Shown: piece after piece, positions 29,035-39,300 of the stretch
Numbering within the stretch: the first letter of the stretch is position 1
Layout: each line of letters begins with the position of its first letter
Assembly: GCA_965250305.1 (NCBI GenBank)
Contig: CBDFNS010000023.1
Location: 182,623 to 246,622 of the forward strand
From: Candidatus Multivoradales bacterium
Lineage (GTDB): Bacteria > Acidobacteriota > Thermoanaerobaculia > Multivoradales > J023
Length of the DNA: 64,000 nucleotides
Reading direction: 5' to 3'
Notes under the pieces: model-generated
Told to the model about the DNA's origin: nothing
What the model saw: the letters and a program-made list of their open reading frames with translations, nothing else
The model's database searches: none
Made by a program: the position numbers and the translations under genes

Positions 29035-30372
29035 TCAACTCGCCGATGCAACGCCCAGAACATCGCTCAGAAGCCACCAGATGCCCACGGTGAGGATGGC
29101 CGCGGGTACCACGTAGCGGAGCCACCAATACAAGAACCGAACGTGCGGGACGCCTTCGAGTTGGCGTAGGGCAGCGGCGCGGTTGAGGCACCAGGCGACG
29201 GTGATGACCGTGACCAATGCGCCGAAGGTCTGCATGCCGGAGCCGAAGGTGAGGTCCCACACGGAGAAGATCCGCATGTTGATCATGGGGGCGATGGCGG
29301 TTAGGTAGACCACGGCACCGAGGGTCCAAGTGGCTTGGCGACGGTTGAGGCGGGTGTTGTCGACCAGGCCGGCGATCAATACCTCGAAGGCGCCGAGGAT
29401 CGAGAGAAACGCCGCGCCCAGCAAGCCGGTGTAGAACACGACGCCAAACAGCCCCCCGAGAGGCAGGGCGGCGAACACTTTCGGTAGAGTGAAGAAGATC
29501 AGACCCGGGCCGCTGTCGGGCTCGAGCCCGAAGGCGAAGACCGCGGGAAAGATCGCCAGACCGGCAAGCAGGCCGGCCACCAGGTCGGCGCCCGCGGTGA
29601 TCACCGCATTGCCGGCGAGGGGGGTGTCCTTGGGTAGGTAGGAACCGTAGACGACCATGAAGGTTCCGCCCAGCGATAGGGTGAAACAGGCTTGGCCGAG
29701 GGCGGCAAGCACCACGGCCGGCGAGATCGACGCCCAGTCGAGCTTACCGATGTACCAACGCAGGCCTTCTTCGGCGCCGTCCAAGGTCACCGCGCGGATA
29801 ATCAGAATGAGCAGGCAAACGAAGAGCGTGGGAATGATGACGGTGCTCGCCCTTTCGATTCCACGTCGAAGGCCGCGCAGCAAGATGGCCATGCTGGCGA
29901 GCACCAAGACGCCGCTCGCGACCAGTTGAATCGCGAGCGAGCGGCCATCGAATCCTGCATCGGGCGGCAGCGCGGAGGAGGCATCAAAGCCGCTGCCCAC
30001 CAGGCGCATCGCTTCGGCCAGTCCGTACGTCAACACCCAGCCGACGGCGTTGGTGTAGTAACCAACGGCGAACATCACGACACCGAAGAAGAGCCAACCA
30101 ATGACCTGACCACCGGGCAAGCCTGCCAAGCGAAAGGCGCCCACGGGCCCTCGACGGGTCTCGCGCCCCAAGGTCCATTCGGCGAGCAATGCTGGTACTC
30201 CCAGGAACGCGACCAGCAGCACATAGACCAGCACAAACGACGCGCCACCGAACCGCCCCACCATGTAGGGGAAACGCCAAACGTTGCCCAGGCCCACGGC
30301 GACACCGATCATGGTCGCCAAGAGGCCGAGGCGGGAGCTGAAGGTCTCGCGGCGTACCGTTGGAGCAGGCAT
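29035..30372 (-). CDS. Sodium-dependent transporter, NSS (SNF) family
   Basis: GLGNVWRFPYMVGRFGGASF is the NSS signature, with about 11-12 TM segments. Confidence 0.88.
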   Translation of the reverse strand: MPAPTVRRETFSSRLGLLATMIGVAVGLGNVWRFPYMVGRFGGASFVLVYVLLVAFLGVPALLAEWTLGRETRRGPVGAFRLAGLPGGQVIGWLFFGVVMFAVGYYTNAVGWVLTYGLAEAMRLVGSGFDASSALPPDAGFDGRSLAIQLVASGVLVLASMAILLRGLRRGIERASTVIIPTLFVCLLILIIRAVTLDGAEEGLRWYIGKLDWASISPAVVLAALGQACFTLSLGGTFMVVYGSYLPKDTPLAGNAVITAGADLVAGLLAGLAIFPAVFAFGLEPDSGPGLIFFTLPKVFAALPLGGLFGVVFYTGLLGAAFLSILGAFEVLIAGLVDNTRLNRRQATWTLGAVVYLTAIAPMINMRIFSVWDLTFGSGMQTFGALVTVITVAWCLNRAAALRQLEGVPHVRFLYWWLRYVVPAAILTVGIWWLLSDVLGVASAS

Positions 30373-30395
30373 GTGTAGGTTATTGTAGGCCCAAG

Positions 30396-30863
30396 ATGAG
30401 CGAACACGACAATCCCGACGATGCGAACGATCTCGAAGGCTCAGTGGAAGGTGGCGACGGCATTCTGACGATTCGGGGCAGCGGCGTGCACCGGGGATGG
30501 AACGGGATTCGCTACAAGACAGGGCTTTCGGCCAAGAATGTGGGCGCGCGCAAACTGTCGATGAACGTGGCGACGATCCCGCCCGGTGGCGTGGCCTATG
30601 CGCACATCCACGTGGACTTCGAGCTGATGCTCTACATCCTCGAAGGCAACGTCCGCCATGTATACGGTGAAGGCTTGACCGAGACGATCGACAACCAGGC
30701 CGGTGATTTCATCTTCATCGGGCCCGATGTTCCACACGAGGTCTACAACCGCTCCGACAGTGAGCCCGTGGTCGCGGTGGTTGCGCGCTCCGATGCCTCG
30801 GAGTGGGAGAACATCGTGCCCTACCCGTCGCCGCGACGCGAGGTGGACGGGGTTCAGTCGTAG
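30396..30863 (+). CDS. Cupin-domain protein
   Basis: AYAHIHVDFELMLYILEGNV ... GDFIFIGPDVPHEV are the two cupin motifs. ATG at 30396. Confidence 0.7.
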   Translation: MSEHDNPDDANDLEGSVEGGDGILTIRGSGVHRGWNGIRYKTGLSAKNVGARKLSMNVATIPPGGVAYAHIHVDFELMLYILEGNVRHVYGEGLTETIDNQAGDFIFIGPDVPHEVYNRSDSEPVVAVVARSDASEWENIVPYPSPRREVDGVQS

Positions 30864-30872
30864 CGCTTGCAG

Positions 30873-32195
30873 CTACGGAGACTTGTAGACGACGCCGCCC
30901 TTCATGACGAAGGCGACCTGTTGCAGTACGGAAACGTCTTCGAGCGGATCACCTGCGACCGCGATCAAGTCGGCCAACAGGCCTTCGGCGATTCGGCCCC
31001 GGTCGTCGACCCGCAGCAACTTGGCGCTGTTGATGGTGGCGGTACGAAGGGCCGCCGCAGGGGTCATGCCGCGACGGACGAGCGCGGCGATCTCGAGCGC
31101 GTTTTGGCCGTGGGGCACCAGGGGTGCGTCGGTCCCCATGGCGATGGGTACACCAGCCTCGATCGCTTTCTCCACCGCGGCAATCGCCCGTGGCAAGACC
31201 CATTCGGCCTTCTTGCGCACCAGCGGGGGCAGCGCGTCGAGTGGGATGCTGTCGGCCAATTGGGTCGTGGGCACCAAGAAGGTGCCGCGCTCGATCATCA
31301 TTTGCATGCCTTCGTCGTCGAGCATGGAGCCGTGTTCGATCGATGCGACGCCGGCACGGACCGCCGCTTTGATGCCCTTGGTGCCGTGGGCGTGAGCGGC
31401 GACGCCGATTTCGTGACGGGCTGCTTCCTCGACCGCTGCGCGCATCTCCTCGTCGGTCATCTGTTGGGCGCCGACGCTCGGCTCGTGTGACATGACGCCC
31501 GCTGTGGCCGAGATCTTGATCGACTTGGCGCCGTGTTTGATTTGGTAGCGAACGGCCCGTACCACCTCGTCGACACCGTCGGCGACACCGTACTCGGGCG
31601 GAACGTCGAGCAACCCTTCGGCAAGGGGGCCGAACATCGACGGGTCGATATGGCCACCGGTAATCGAGATGGCGTGACCCGAGCCGAAGATGCGTGGCGC
31701 ATCGATCCAGCCGGCATCACTGGCTTTGGCCACAGCGACGTCGGTCAGCTCGGGGCCGGCATGGGATTGCGCCACATTGCGCACGGTGGTAAATCCAGCG
31801 AGCAGGGTCGTTCGGGCATTGCGGGCGGCCCGCAGCGTGCGCTCGGGTCCGCTCTCGGTCAGGGCCTGCATTTGGTAGCCCGGCTCGAAGTTCATGCCCA
31901 GGTGAACGTGCATGTCCATGAGACCGGGTACGAGCACGTGATCGCCGAGGTCGATGTGGGCGGCATCGTCTGGCACGCTGCTGGGATTGATGGCGACGAT
32001 GTGTTCGTTCTCGATGACGATCACCGCAGGGCGAACCAGCGTTCCGGTTTCGACATCGACGAAGGCGCGTGCGGTGACGACGGTGGTCTCCGCGACGGTG
32101 GCCTCCGCGACGGTGGTCTCCGCGAACACGGCAAGCGGCAGGCAGACGATCAAGAAGGCCAAGAACCACGGGGAGCGGCGGGCGATCGGGCGCAT
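30873..32195 (-). CDS. Secreted amidohydrolase-family metal-dependent hydrolase
   Basis: LVPGLMDMHVHLG (the HxH site), ...AAHAHG..., DAPLVPHG and a signal peptide. ATG at 32195 with an AAGGAG RBS. Confidence 0.85.
   Translation of the reverse strand: MRPIARRSPWFLAFLIVCLPLAVFAETTVAEATVAETTVVTARAFVDVETGTLVRPAVIVIENEHIVAINPSSVPDDAAHIDLGDHVLVPGLMDMHVHLGMNFEPGYQMQALTESGPERTLRAARNARTTLLAGFTTVRNVAQSHAGPELTDVAVAKASDAGWIDAPRIFGSGHAISITGGHIDPSMFGPLAEGLLDVPPEYGVADGVDEVVRAVRYQIKHGAKSIKISATAGVMSHEPSVGAQQMTDEEMRAAVEEAARHEIGVAAHAHGTKGIKAAVRAGVASIEHGSMLDDEGMQMMIERGTFLVPTTQLADSIPLDALPPLVRKKAEWVLPRAIAAVEKAIEAGVPIAMGTDAPLVPHGQNALEIAALVRRGMTPAAALRTATINSAKLLRVDDRGRIAEGLLADLIAVAGDPLEDVSVLQQVAFVMKGGVVYKSP
32085..32135. 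repeat. 15-bp tandem repeat x3 (gacggtggtctccgc / gacggtggcctccgc)
   Basis: Seen directly. It encodes the AETTV/AEATV/AETTV repeat just after the amidohydrolase signal peptide. Confidence 0.6.
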
Positions 32196-32271
32196 GGAAT
32201 TCTCCTTAGCGGATTGGACGCGCGAGGGTACTGCTGTGAGCCACGCCAGGATGGTATACCGTGAGAGTGTG

Positions 32272-33201
32272 ATGAAGGTCCCTGGCGTTCTCCGGTTGCT
32301 TGTCTTCCTGCTCGCGCTGTCCCTGAACCTCGGTGCATCTGGGCAAGAAGCCGACCCTGTGGGGCCGGGCCAGCCAATGCCTCCTTGGACGCCGGGAACG
32401 CTTGATCTCCACCACCTGAGCACGGGTCGCGGCAACGCCACCTTCGGTCGCTTGCCGGATGGTACGACGATCTTGATCGATGCTGGTGACACCCGTGACC
32501 AACTCCCGTTCGAGGCGCCCATGCCGGCTGGTGTGACATCGGCCAGCGATTGGATCGTGCGCTACATTCGCACAGCCTTGGGCGTTGATGCCGAGTTGGT
32601 GCTCGACTACGCGGTCATCACGCATTTTCACAGCGATCACATGGGATTCGTGCGTGACGATACTCCACGCGTCGATCCCGGTGGCTACGCCCTGGTGGGC
32701 ATCGCGGCCGTAGGGCACGCAATGCCGATCCGAACGCTGATCGATCGTGGCTGGCCCGACTACGATACGCCGCAGCCGATCACCCATGCGGGTATGGAGA
32801 GTTACCGGCACTTCTTGAATTGGCAGCGGGAGCGCCACGGTCTCGAGGTTGCTCGCTTGGCGGTTGGGCGAGATGATCAGATCGTCCTGCGCCACGAACC
32901 TGAGACCTATCCAACGTTCCGGGTGCGGAACCTTGCCGCCAATGGTGAAGTGTGGACCGGCGTCGGCATGTCTACGCGGCAGCAGTTCCCGTCGTTTGAG
33001 CGCCTGGCATCACGCGACGTACCGAGCGAGAACATGCATAGCGTGGCGTTGCGTATTCGCTACGGGCGCTTCGATTACGTCACCACGGGCGATTTGCCAG
33101 GCGTTCCCGAAGAGGGTGCGCCGTCGTTTCACGATCTCGAAACGCCAATTGCCGAGGCGATTGGGCCCACCGACGTTCAGGTGGTGGGACACCACGGGTA
33201 G
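32272..33201 (+). CDS. Secreted MBL-fold metallo-hydrolase
   Basis: ITHFHSDH (the HxHxDH motif) and signal peptide MKVPGVLRLLVFLLALSLNLGASG. ATG at 32272. Confidence 0.8.
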   Translation: MKVPGVLRLLVFLLALSLNLGASGQEADPVGPGQPMPPWTPGTLDLHHLSTGRGNATFGRLPDGTTILIDAGDTRDQLPFEAPMPAGVTSASDWIVRYIRTALGVDAELVLDYAVITHFHSDHMGFVRDDTPRVDPGGYALVGIAAVGHAMPIRTLIDRGWPDYDTPQPITHAGMESYRHFLNWQRERHGLEVARLAVGRDDQIVLRHEPETYPTFRVRNLAANGEVWTGVGMSTRQQFPSFERLASRDVPSENMHSVALRIRYGRFDYVTTGDLPGVPEEGAPSFHDLETPIAEAIGPTDVQVVGHHG

Positions 33202-33713
33202 CTCGACCCGTCGAACGCTTTTTGGTTGCGGACGCTGCGACCGCGGGTACACATCATTCCCGCATGGGCGCCCAGCCACCCGGCGCCCGTGGTGCTCAAG
33301 AGATTGCTCAACGAGCGCATCTACTCGGATCCACGGGACATCTTTGTTAGCTGGCTTCGCGACGAGACCAAGGCGGTGATCGGTGGGCGGGCGAACCGTG
33401 TCGCAAGCGATCGCGGTCATGTGGTGGTTCGAGTCGACCCAGGAGGAAGTCACTATCGCGTGTACGTCCTCGACCCAGGATCGATAGGTTTGACGGTTCT
33501 TTCCGTCCATGGTCCCTACACAGCGCAGTAGGGCTGCGCAGCGGCGCCAAGCCCTGGTTGCGGGGCTCGGGTATGATCAAAGTGTCCGCTGTCTCGATCA
33601 ACCAACCACCAGGTCGTCGGCAAAAGTGGGATCGCTGGACTTCAGCGTCGACAGACGCTCCAGAAACGTCTTCAGAGTCATCGGTTTCCGTTTGGCGGCG
33701 TACAATTGGCACA

Positions 33714-35492
33714 ATGGCTACGAGAATGAGTGATCGCACGTTTCTAGGCAGGGTGGGTCCCGACCATCATGTCTCGGACGCCCTTCGGTCGGACGTCCCA
33801 CCGGTGCCGATGGTTGCTGAGCTCGATGAGGGGACCTGGGGTGAGTTCACGACCCACGACGGTGGAGCACGGCTGGTCGGTGAGCCCCTTGCTCGGCCGG
33901 AAACCGCGCGCGCCGCGATCTTCGCCGTGGCTGCCAAGCGCGGTGTTTCACCCCTTCATTCGGTGGCTGCGCGCGCCGAGGCCCAGGCGATTGTAGACAC
34001 GCCTGGGATTGACGACCCAACTCTCCGCGACCTTACGCATCTTCCTTTCGTCACCATCGACGAACCCCATTCGTTGGATCTTGATCAGGCTGTCTTTATC
34101 GAACCCTCTGCCGCCGCTGGCTTTCGGGTTTGGTACGCGATCGCCGATCCATCGTGGGCGGTGCGTCCCGGTACTGCGCTGTTCGAAGAGGCGTTGGCCC
34201 GTGGCTCGACCTACTACCTGCCGGGCCTGGTGGCGCCGATGTTGCCCGCCTCTTTGTCGGAAGGTGTGATCTCGCTCAACCCGGGTGTTGACCGCCGAGC
34301 GTTGGTGTTCGAGGTTCAGCTCGACGCTGAAGGTGAGGTCGTCGAAACGGTCTACCATCGCGCCCGGGTGCGCAGTCGTGTCAAGACCAGCTATGACGCG
34401 GTTCAGGTGTTCTACGATGGCGCTGCCGCGGTGCCAGGCGTCGACGAGGTTGCTGCCAGTCTCGAAGCCCTCGCGACCGTGGGCCGACTGCGCATTGCCC
34501 GCGCCGCGGCCCGTGACATCGTCCAGGTGCGGCGGCGTGAGATTGCGCTGTCGCTCGATGATGGCGATGGTTTGCGCTTCGTGGCGTTGGACGATCCGCG
34601 CAATGACGTCGAGCGTTTCAACGAGCAGATCTCGCTTCTGTGCAACGTCGAGGGTGCTCGGTTGCTCCAGCGCGGCGCAAATGATGACGATGGCGTGGAG
34701 CCGATTTATCGTGTTCACGCGTCTCCACGTGAAGACCGGTTGCAAGCGTTTGCCCGGCAAACCAAAGCCCTGGCCCGGGCCCACGGCCTCGATGAGGCGG
34801 TATGGCGGTGGCGTCGCGAGCGAAGCCTGGCCGAGTACCTGGCGAGACTGCCGAATACCGGTGGCCATACGCGGTTGGCGCGCGCCATCCATCGCCAGGC
34901 GTTGATGACCGGAGGTCGGTCGGGGTATTCGCCAACGCCCGCTCGGCACCATGGTGTCGGTGCGGACGTGTATGCGCGCTTCACCGCGCCGATGCGCGAG
35001 ATCGTCGGTATCTTCACCCACAAGGAAGCGTGGGAGAAGCTCGGCCTCGGTGACGATGAGGGGCCCGTCGCACCCACCTTGCCCGTGATCGACGACCGGG
35101 TGTTACGCACGCGCGTTTCCGAGGCCGCGAATCGTGCACGCCACACCCAGCGCGTGCTCGAACGTGAAGCCAATCGGTTGGTGATCGATCAGCTGTTTGG
35201 CGATGATTGGCAGCTCGACGATGCCCGTCGGCCGGTGCGTTCCGGCACGGTGATGGGGATCTCACGGGGAAAGGTTCATGTGCAGCTCGATGACCCTCCG
35301 GTCGACGTCAAGGTCTACCTGCCCCATCTCGCCGCGCAACTCGGTCATTCGGTACGGATCGATCGCGCCGGCGTTGCGGTGCGTGATCGTCACGGCGTGG
35401 CGGTGGTACGTATGGGTGACGCGGTGGCGATTCGCGTCAGCGGCCGCGATGAGGATCGCGACCGCTGGACGCTCGAGTTGGTCGCCCGATAG
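33714..35492 (+). CDS. RNB-domain 3'-5' exoribonuclease (RNase II / RNase R family)
   Basis: FVTIDEPHSLDLDQAV ... YYLPGLVAPMLP correspond to RNB catalytic motifs. A C-terminal S1-like region is present. Start uncertain (ATG 33714 or 33726). Confidence 0.72.
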   Translation: MATRMSDRTFLGRVGPDHHVSDALRSDVPPVPMVAELDEGTWGEFTTHDGGARLVGEPLARPETARAAIFAVAAKRGVSPLHSVAARAEAQAIVDTPGIDDPTLRDLTHLPFVTIDEPHSLDLDQAVFIEPSAAAGFRVWYAIADPSWAVRPGTALFEEALARGSTYYLPGLVAPMLPASLSEGVISLNPGVDRRALVFEVQLDAEGEVVETVYHRARVRSRVKTSYDAVQVFYDGAAAVPGVDEVAASLEALATVGRLRIARAAARDIVQVRRREIALSLDDGDGLRFVALDDPRNDVERFNEQISLLCNVEGARLLQRGANDDDGVEPIYRVHASPREDRLQAFARQTKALARAHGLDEAVWRWRRERSLAEYLARLPNTGGHTRLARAIHRQALMTGGRSGYSPTPARHHGVGADVYARFTAPMREIVGIFTHKEAWEKLGLGDDEGPVAPTLPVIDDRVLRTRVSEAANRARHTQRVLEREANRLVIDQLFGDDWQLDDARRPVRSGTVMGISRGKVHVQLDDPPVDVKVYLPHLAAQLGHSVRIDRAGVAVRDRHGVAVVRMGDAVAIRVSGRDEDRDRWTLELVAR

Positions 35493-35520
35493 TAGGGCCG
35501 GCGCGGGGCCGAGACCTCGC

Positions 35521-35917
35521 TTACTCCCCAGTCGCGCTACCCGATTCGGTGGACGCCTCGGTTTTTTCGTCCATGGCCAGAGCGAGCTGGTCGAGGATCA
35601 TCACGATGTATCCGAGGTCGGCCAGCGCCCGGTCACCTGGGCCCCAGTCGTCATCGGCCGGTTGCTGGTCGTCGCCGGGCCCGGAAGGTGAATCGTCTTG
35701 GTTCGTAGCCATTTTCTGCAGGGCGTCAGCGAGACGATGCAGGCTCTCCGACAGGTAGTCCAGGTGAACGGTGGCCAAGCCGTTGGGACTCCAGTCGTCG
35801 TCCGGCGGTGGTTGCTCCTTGATCGGTTTGTCCGCGATCCGTGCCAACGGTTGTTCGAGTTGAGCCAGCGTACGCTGCAATGCAGCGACCCTTTCGAGGA
35901 TCTTGGTGGTTTTCATC
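35521..35917 (-). CDS. Acidic hypothetical protein with an internal duplication (DDDWxPxG...LxxLxxALxxM twice)
   Basis: ORF 35521..35955, with the start placed at MKTTKILERV (ATG 35917). No domain was recognised. Confidence 0.35.
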
Positions 35918-36156
35918 GGCGACACCTCGGACCTAATCGCCGACGCCGTCGTCATCGTCGGCGGGCTGTTGCGGGGCGGAATCGTCTTGGGGTCGGGGTT
36001 TCTGCCAGACCAGAAGGTTGGCGGATCGGCTGTCGGCGTCCAGACTGAGCATCGTCATCGGGTCCAGCATTGCTTGTTCTCCCAGGGTCTAGGTTGCGGG
36101 TTGTATAGCCCTAAATCCCATAGGCGCCGGTTTGTTTAGGTCGAGAACGTCGATGG

Positions 36157-39100
36157 TCAACGCCACTCGCCTTGGAGGACGAAGCCGGCCCAGTAGTAGG
36201 GTGCTGACCACGCGGGCTCCCGCAGCAACTCGCGCTGCGCGCGGCGGAGCGCCGCGCCTGCCGCCAGACCGTCGACCAAGAGTGCCTGATAGAAGCGCGC
36301 CATGAGCTCCGCCGTGGCGCGATCATCGACCGGCCACAAGCTGACCAGCAGGCGTTCTGCGCCAGCATGGAAGAAGCCATGGGTGAGCCCGACCAAGCCT
36401 TCGCCGGCCATCGCTTTTCCGAGTGCACTGCGGCAAGCGCTGAGTGTGACCAAGTCGGCGTTGAGTTCGAGGCCGTAGATCTCGTGCATGCGCAAGAAGC
36501 CGTCGATCGGCTCGCCTTGTTGGTCCAAGCTGGACAAGGCGATGCCGGAGAGTTGGGGCTCAGTGGTATTAATGATCGCGTGGGTGGCGAAGTGAACGAT
36601 CCGGAAGCCCGCGAGCGTGCCGTCCAAAATGGTATCCCGACGAGCGTCGAAGCCGATGGCCGCCCAACGCCGGTCGGGGTGCGCGTGGGCGAGGATGGCG
36701 TCGGCCTCCCGCGTGGTGAAGGGCAGACGCCGGAATGGTGCCCCAGGCTGATCGATGGCCTCGGGCGCACTGGGGAAGGGCTCCAGCCGGACTCGACTGT
36801 CGCCGAGGCTGAAGACTGGATCGGCCACGACCGCCACCAATCCTGATGGCGTTGCACGGCCGGCCCGATGGCGCCGCAGCACGGCCAGCACCGAGGCCGA
36901 CGGAAGATGCAGCACCTCGTGCGATTCGACCAGCGGCGCGGCGTCGTGGCAATGGTCGAGTTGGGCTGGATCCGGCAAGGCGGCAAGAGGCAGTGTCCGT
37001 AAGGCTCCGTCTGCGGCGATGAGCAGGCGGCGGCTATCGAGCACGGCTGCAGCAGGTGCCAGCACCAGACGGGTCAGGGCGCACAGCGCTTCGCGGCCAG
37101 CCACGGCGGTCTCCCGGCGGGCACTGCGTTGGAGCAGTGCATGGGCGCGTTGGGCCACGGGTTCCACGATGTGACGTGGCGGCAGCTCGAAGCTGTGCAG
37201 GGTGTCGTTGCCGAGTACCCACAAATAGCTCGCTTGGTCACCGAGCCAGTACTCGAGCAACAGGGTGTGCTCGTCGAGCAAGTCGCGTTGCAACTCCGTG
37301 GGGCTCAGTGGCTGAGGCTCGGCGAAGTCGCCGGACTGGCTACGGCTGGCGCGGATCTCGTCGGTAACGGCGGTCAGGGCTTCCAGGTTGTCGCGAAAGC
37401 GACGTTGGGCCGCGATGTGTTGGACGCGGGTGGTACCGCTCCTGTTGTCTTCGTTGGCAAGAATCTGGAGCTGGCTGGCGCTCTTGCTGAGGGCATGTCC
37501 GAGTGCCTGCTCCCGGCTCAGGAGCGCGGGATCGGCACCTCGACGAAGCTCGGTGCCGGTCGCCGCGAGTAGATCCAGCAACGAGCGGGCGCGGGCTCGC
37601 TCGCTTGCCGCCAACCCCTGCCGATCCCAACCACCGGATGGACTGCGCCGGTGTTGGTCCATGGCGATGGCCATCTCCAAGGTGTAAGCGTCCTGAACGG
37701 TGGCGGTGGCGAGATACGAGGTACGTCGCGCCGTCGCCAGGGCGCGTCCGCGCAGTGATTCGAAGATTGCCAGCGCATCGCGGACAGATGACCAGGCTTG
37801 ATCGAGCATGCCCATCCGGCGCTGTGCGGCGGCGATCGCGACCAGGACTTCGGCCTCGCCGGCAGGCTCACCGGTGTGGCGATGGAGGTTGAGTGCCCGG
37901 GCCAAGACGTCGAGCGCTTGCTCGGGGTGCCCGACCTGATTCTCAAGGGTACCGAGGAAGAGCAGGATGTGGGCCTCGGAGCGCCGATCGTTCAAAGCAC
38001 GCATGGTGGCAAGCGAGCGCTCAAAGGCACGGCGGGCGTCGTCATATTGGTCCAAACGCTGCTGGAGGCGGCCGATCCGGCTTTCGATTACGGCGGCGCC
38101 GTAGCGGTCGTCGGTGTTGGTCGCGTCCGGAACCAAGGTCAGACTCTCGTGGAAGTAGGCGAGGGCGGCAGCGTGGTTGCCGGTGGCTGCGGCCAAGCGG
38201 CCGAGTTGATCGAGCGTGGATGCCTCGCGGCGCCGGTCGCCGATCGCCTGGCGCAGGCGTAGGGCTTCCCGCAAGCGATCATGTGCGCGATCGTATTCTC
38301 CCAAGATTCGGTGCAGTCCGCCCAGGTTGTTCAAGACGGTCGCTTTGGCAGCTGCATCGTCGAGGCCGTTGATTCGGTCGAGTGCCTCCTGATAGGTCTC
38401 GATCGCGACCTGGAGCTTGCCGAGCCTGCGATAAGCGACGCCGAGGTTGGTGAGGGTAATCGCGACGCCACGGTCGTCGCCTGCCCGCCGGCGTAGCGCC
38501 ACGGCGCGCTGGTAGCCGGCCGCGGCGGCGGCCAAGTCACCCGCAAGGAAGTGGGCGCGGCCCAGGTTGTGCCAAGCCATGGCGCCGAGCGCGTCGTCGC
38601 CCAGACCTTGAAAGAGATTGGCAGCAGTGGCGCTATGGTCGGCGGCAGCGGCGAAATGCCGTCGACTTGCTTCGACCAGCCCCAGGCGGTGTTGGGCCGA
38701 CGCCTGTCCCCATTGATCGCCTAAGGCCCGCCAGCTGCCGAGGGCCTCGTGGTAGGCGACCGCGGCTTCGTCCTCCGCTCCCTGGTCGTAGAGCCGCTCG
38801 CCAGCTGCGAATGCCGTGTAGGCGCGCGCTTGCTGTCGGTCTTCGTCGGTCGCTGGCCGACACGCCTCAACCCGCAGCGCGTAGGTGCCGGTTTCCTGGC
38901 TGGCGAGCGCGCGGACGATCATGTGGTGGGGCCCAGTCTCTCGCGCGATCAACGCCACCCGCTCGCGACCGAATTCCTCGGTCGGCCCGTCCGCGACCAA
39001 CAGGGCCTCGCTGGCGGGGGCAGCCATGGTGACTTCGACGTCAGTACCGTGTTGCTCGACCACGATCCGCAAGAACATGCCAGCGTCGAGATCGACATCG

Positions 39101-39300
39101 TAGCGATGGATTTCTTCCGCGTCGATCGCGCGCTCTACAGCCTCGCCCGCCGCTGGCAGTGTCCTGATATCGGCGGGCGGTGCAGGTTCCTTGATGGGCT
39201 GCTCAACGACGGTCGTGCGCTCGTGGCCGCAGGCGATGGTGCAAAGCGCCGCGGTCAGCCAGGCAGCGAGGAAGGTGTTCGGCCGGATGCGGCCGGCCAT
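36157..39300 (-). CDS. TPR-repeat protein with a C-terminal CHAT (caspase-like) peptidase domain
   Basis: Multiple TPRs (AxxxYxxALxLxxxxGD repeats). The C-terminus has HFATHAI ... LVTLSACRS, the His/Cys dyad of the CHAT domain. Its start overlaps the anti-sigma stop (TAATG). Confidence 0.85.
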   Translation of the reverse strand: MAGRIRPNTFLAAWLTAALCTIACGHERTTVVEQPIKEPAPPADIRTLPAAGEAVERAIDAEEIHRYDVDLDAGMFLRIVVEQHGTDVEVTMAAPASEALLVADGPTEEFGRERVALIARETGPHHMIVRALASQETGTYALRVEACRPATDEDRQQARAYTAFAAGERLYDQGAEDEAAVAYHEALGSWRALGDQWGQASAQHRLGLVEASRRHFAAAADHSATAANLFQGLGDDALGAMAWHNLGRAHFLAGDLAAAAAGYQRAVALRRRAGDDRGVAITLTNLGVAYRRLGKLQVAIETYQEALDRINGLDDAAAKATVLNNLGGLHRILGEYDRAHDRLREALRLRQAIGDRRREASTLDQLGRLAAATGNHAAALAYFHESLTLVPDATNTDDRYGAAVIESRIGRLQQRLDQYDDARRAFERSLATMRALNDRRSEAHILLFLGTLENQVGHPEQALDVLARALNLHRHTGEPAGEAEVLVAIAAAQRRMGMLDQAWSSVRDALAIFESLRGRALATARRTSYLATATVQDAYTLEMAIAMDQHRRSPSGGWDRQGLAASERARARSLLDLLAATGTELRRGADPALLSREQALGHALSKSASQLQILANEDNRSGTTRVQHIAAQRRFRDNLEALTAVTDEIRASRSQSGDFAEPQPLSPTELQRDLLDEHTLLLEYWLGDQASYLWVLGNDTLHSFELPPRHIVEPVAQRAHALLQRSARRETAVAGREALCALTRLVLAPAAAVLDSRRLLIAADGALRTLPLAALPDPAQLDHCHDAAPLVESHEVLHLPSASVLAVLRRHRAGRATPSGLVAVVADPVFSLGDSRVRLEPFPSAPEAIDQPGAPFRRLPFTTREADAILAHAHPDRRWAAIGFDARRDTILDGTLAGFRIVHFATHAIINTTEPQLSGIALSSLDQQGEPIDGFLRMHEIYGLELNADLVTLSACRSALGKAMAGEGLVGLTHGFFHAGAERLLVSLWPVDDRATAELMARFYQALLVDGLAAGAALRRAQRELLREPAWSAPYYWAGFVLQGEWR

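Noticed and set aside
31533-32264. 243-aa plus-strand ORF overlapping the amidohydrolase gene
   Set aside because: Antisense frame; the minus-strand gene has metal-ligand motifs and a signal peptide.
36111-36986. 291-aa minus-strand ORF in another frame within the CHAT gene, plus multiple plus-strand ORFs 36367-39436
   Set aside because: All lie inside the 1047-aa TPR-CHAT coding region and show Arg/Pro/Ser-rich nonsense composition.
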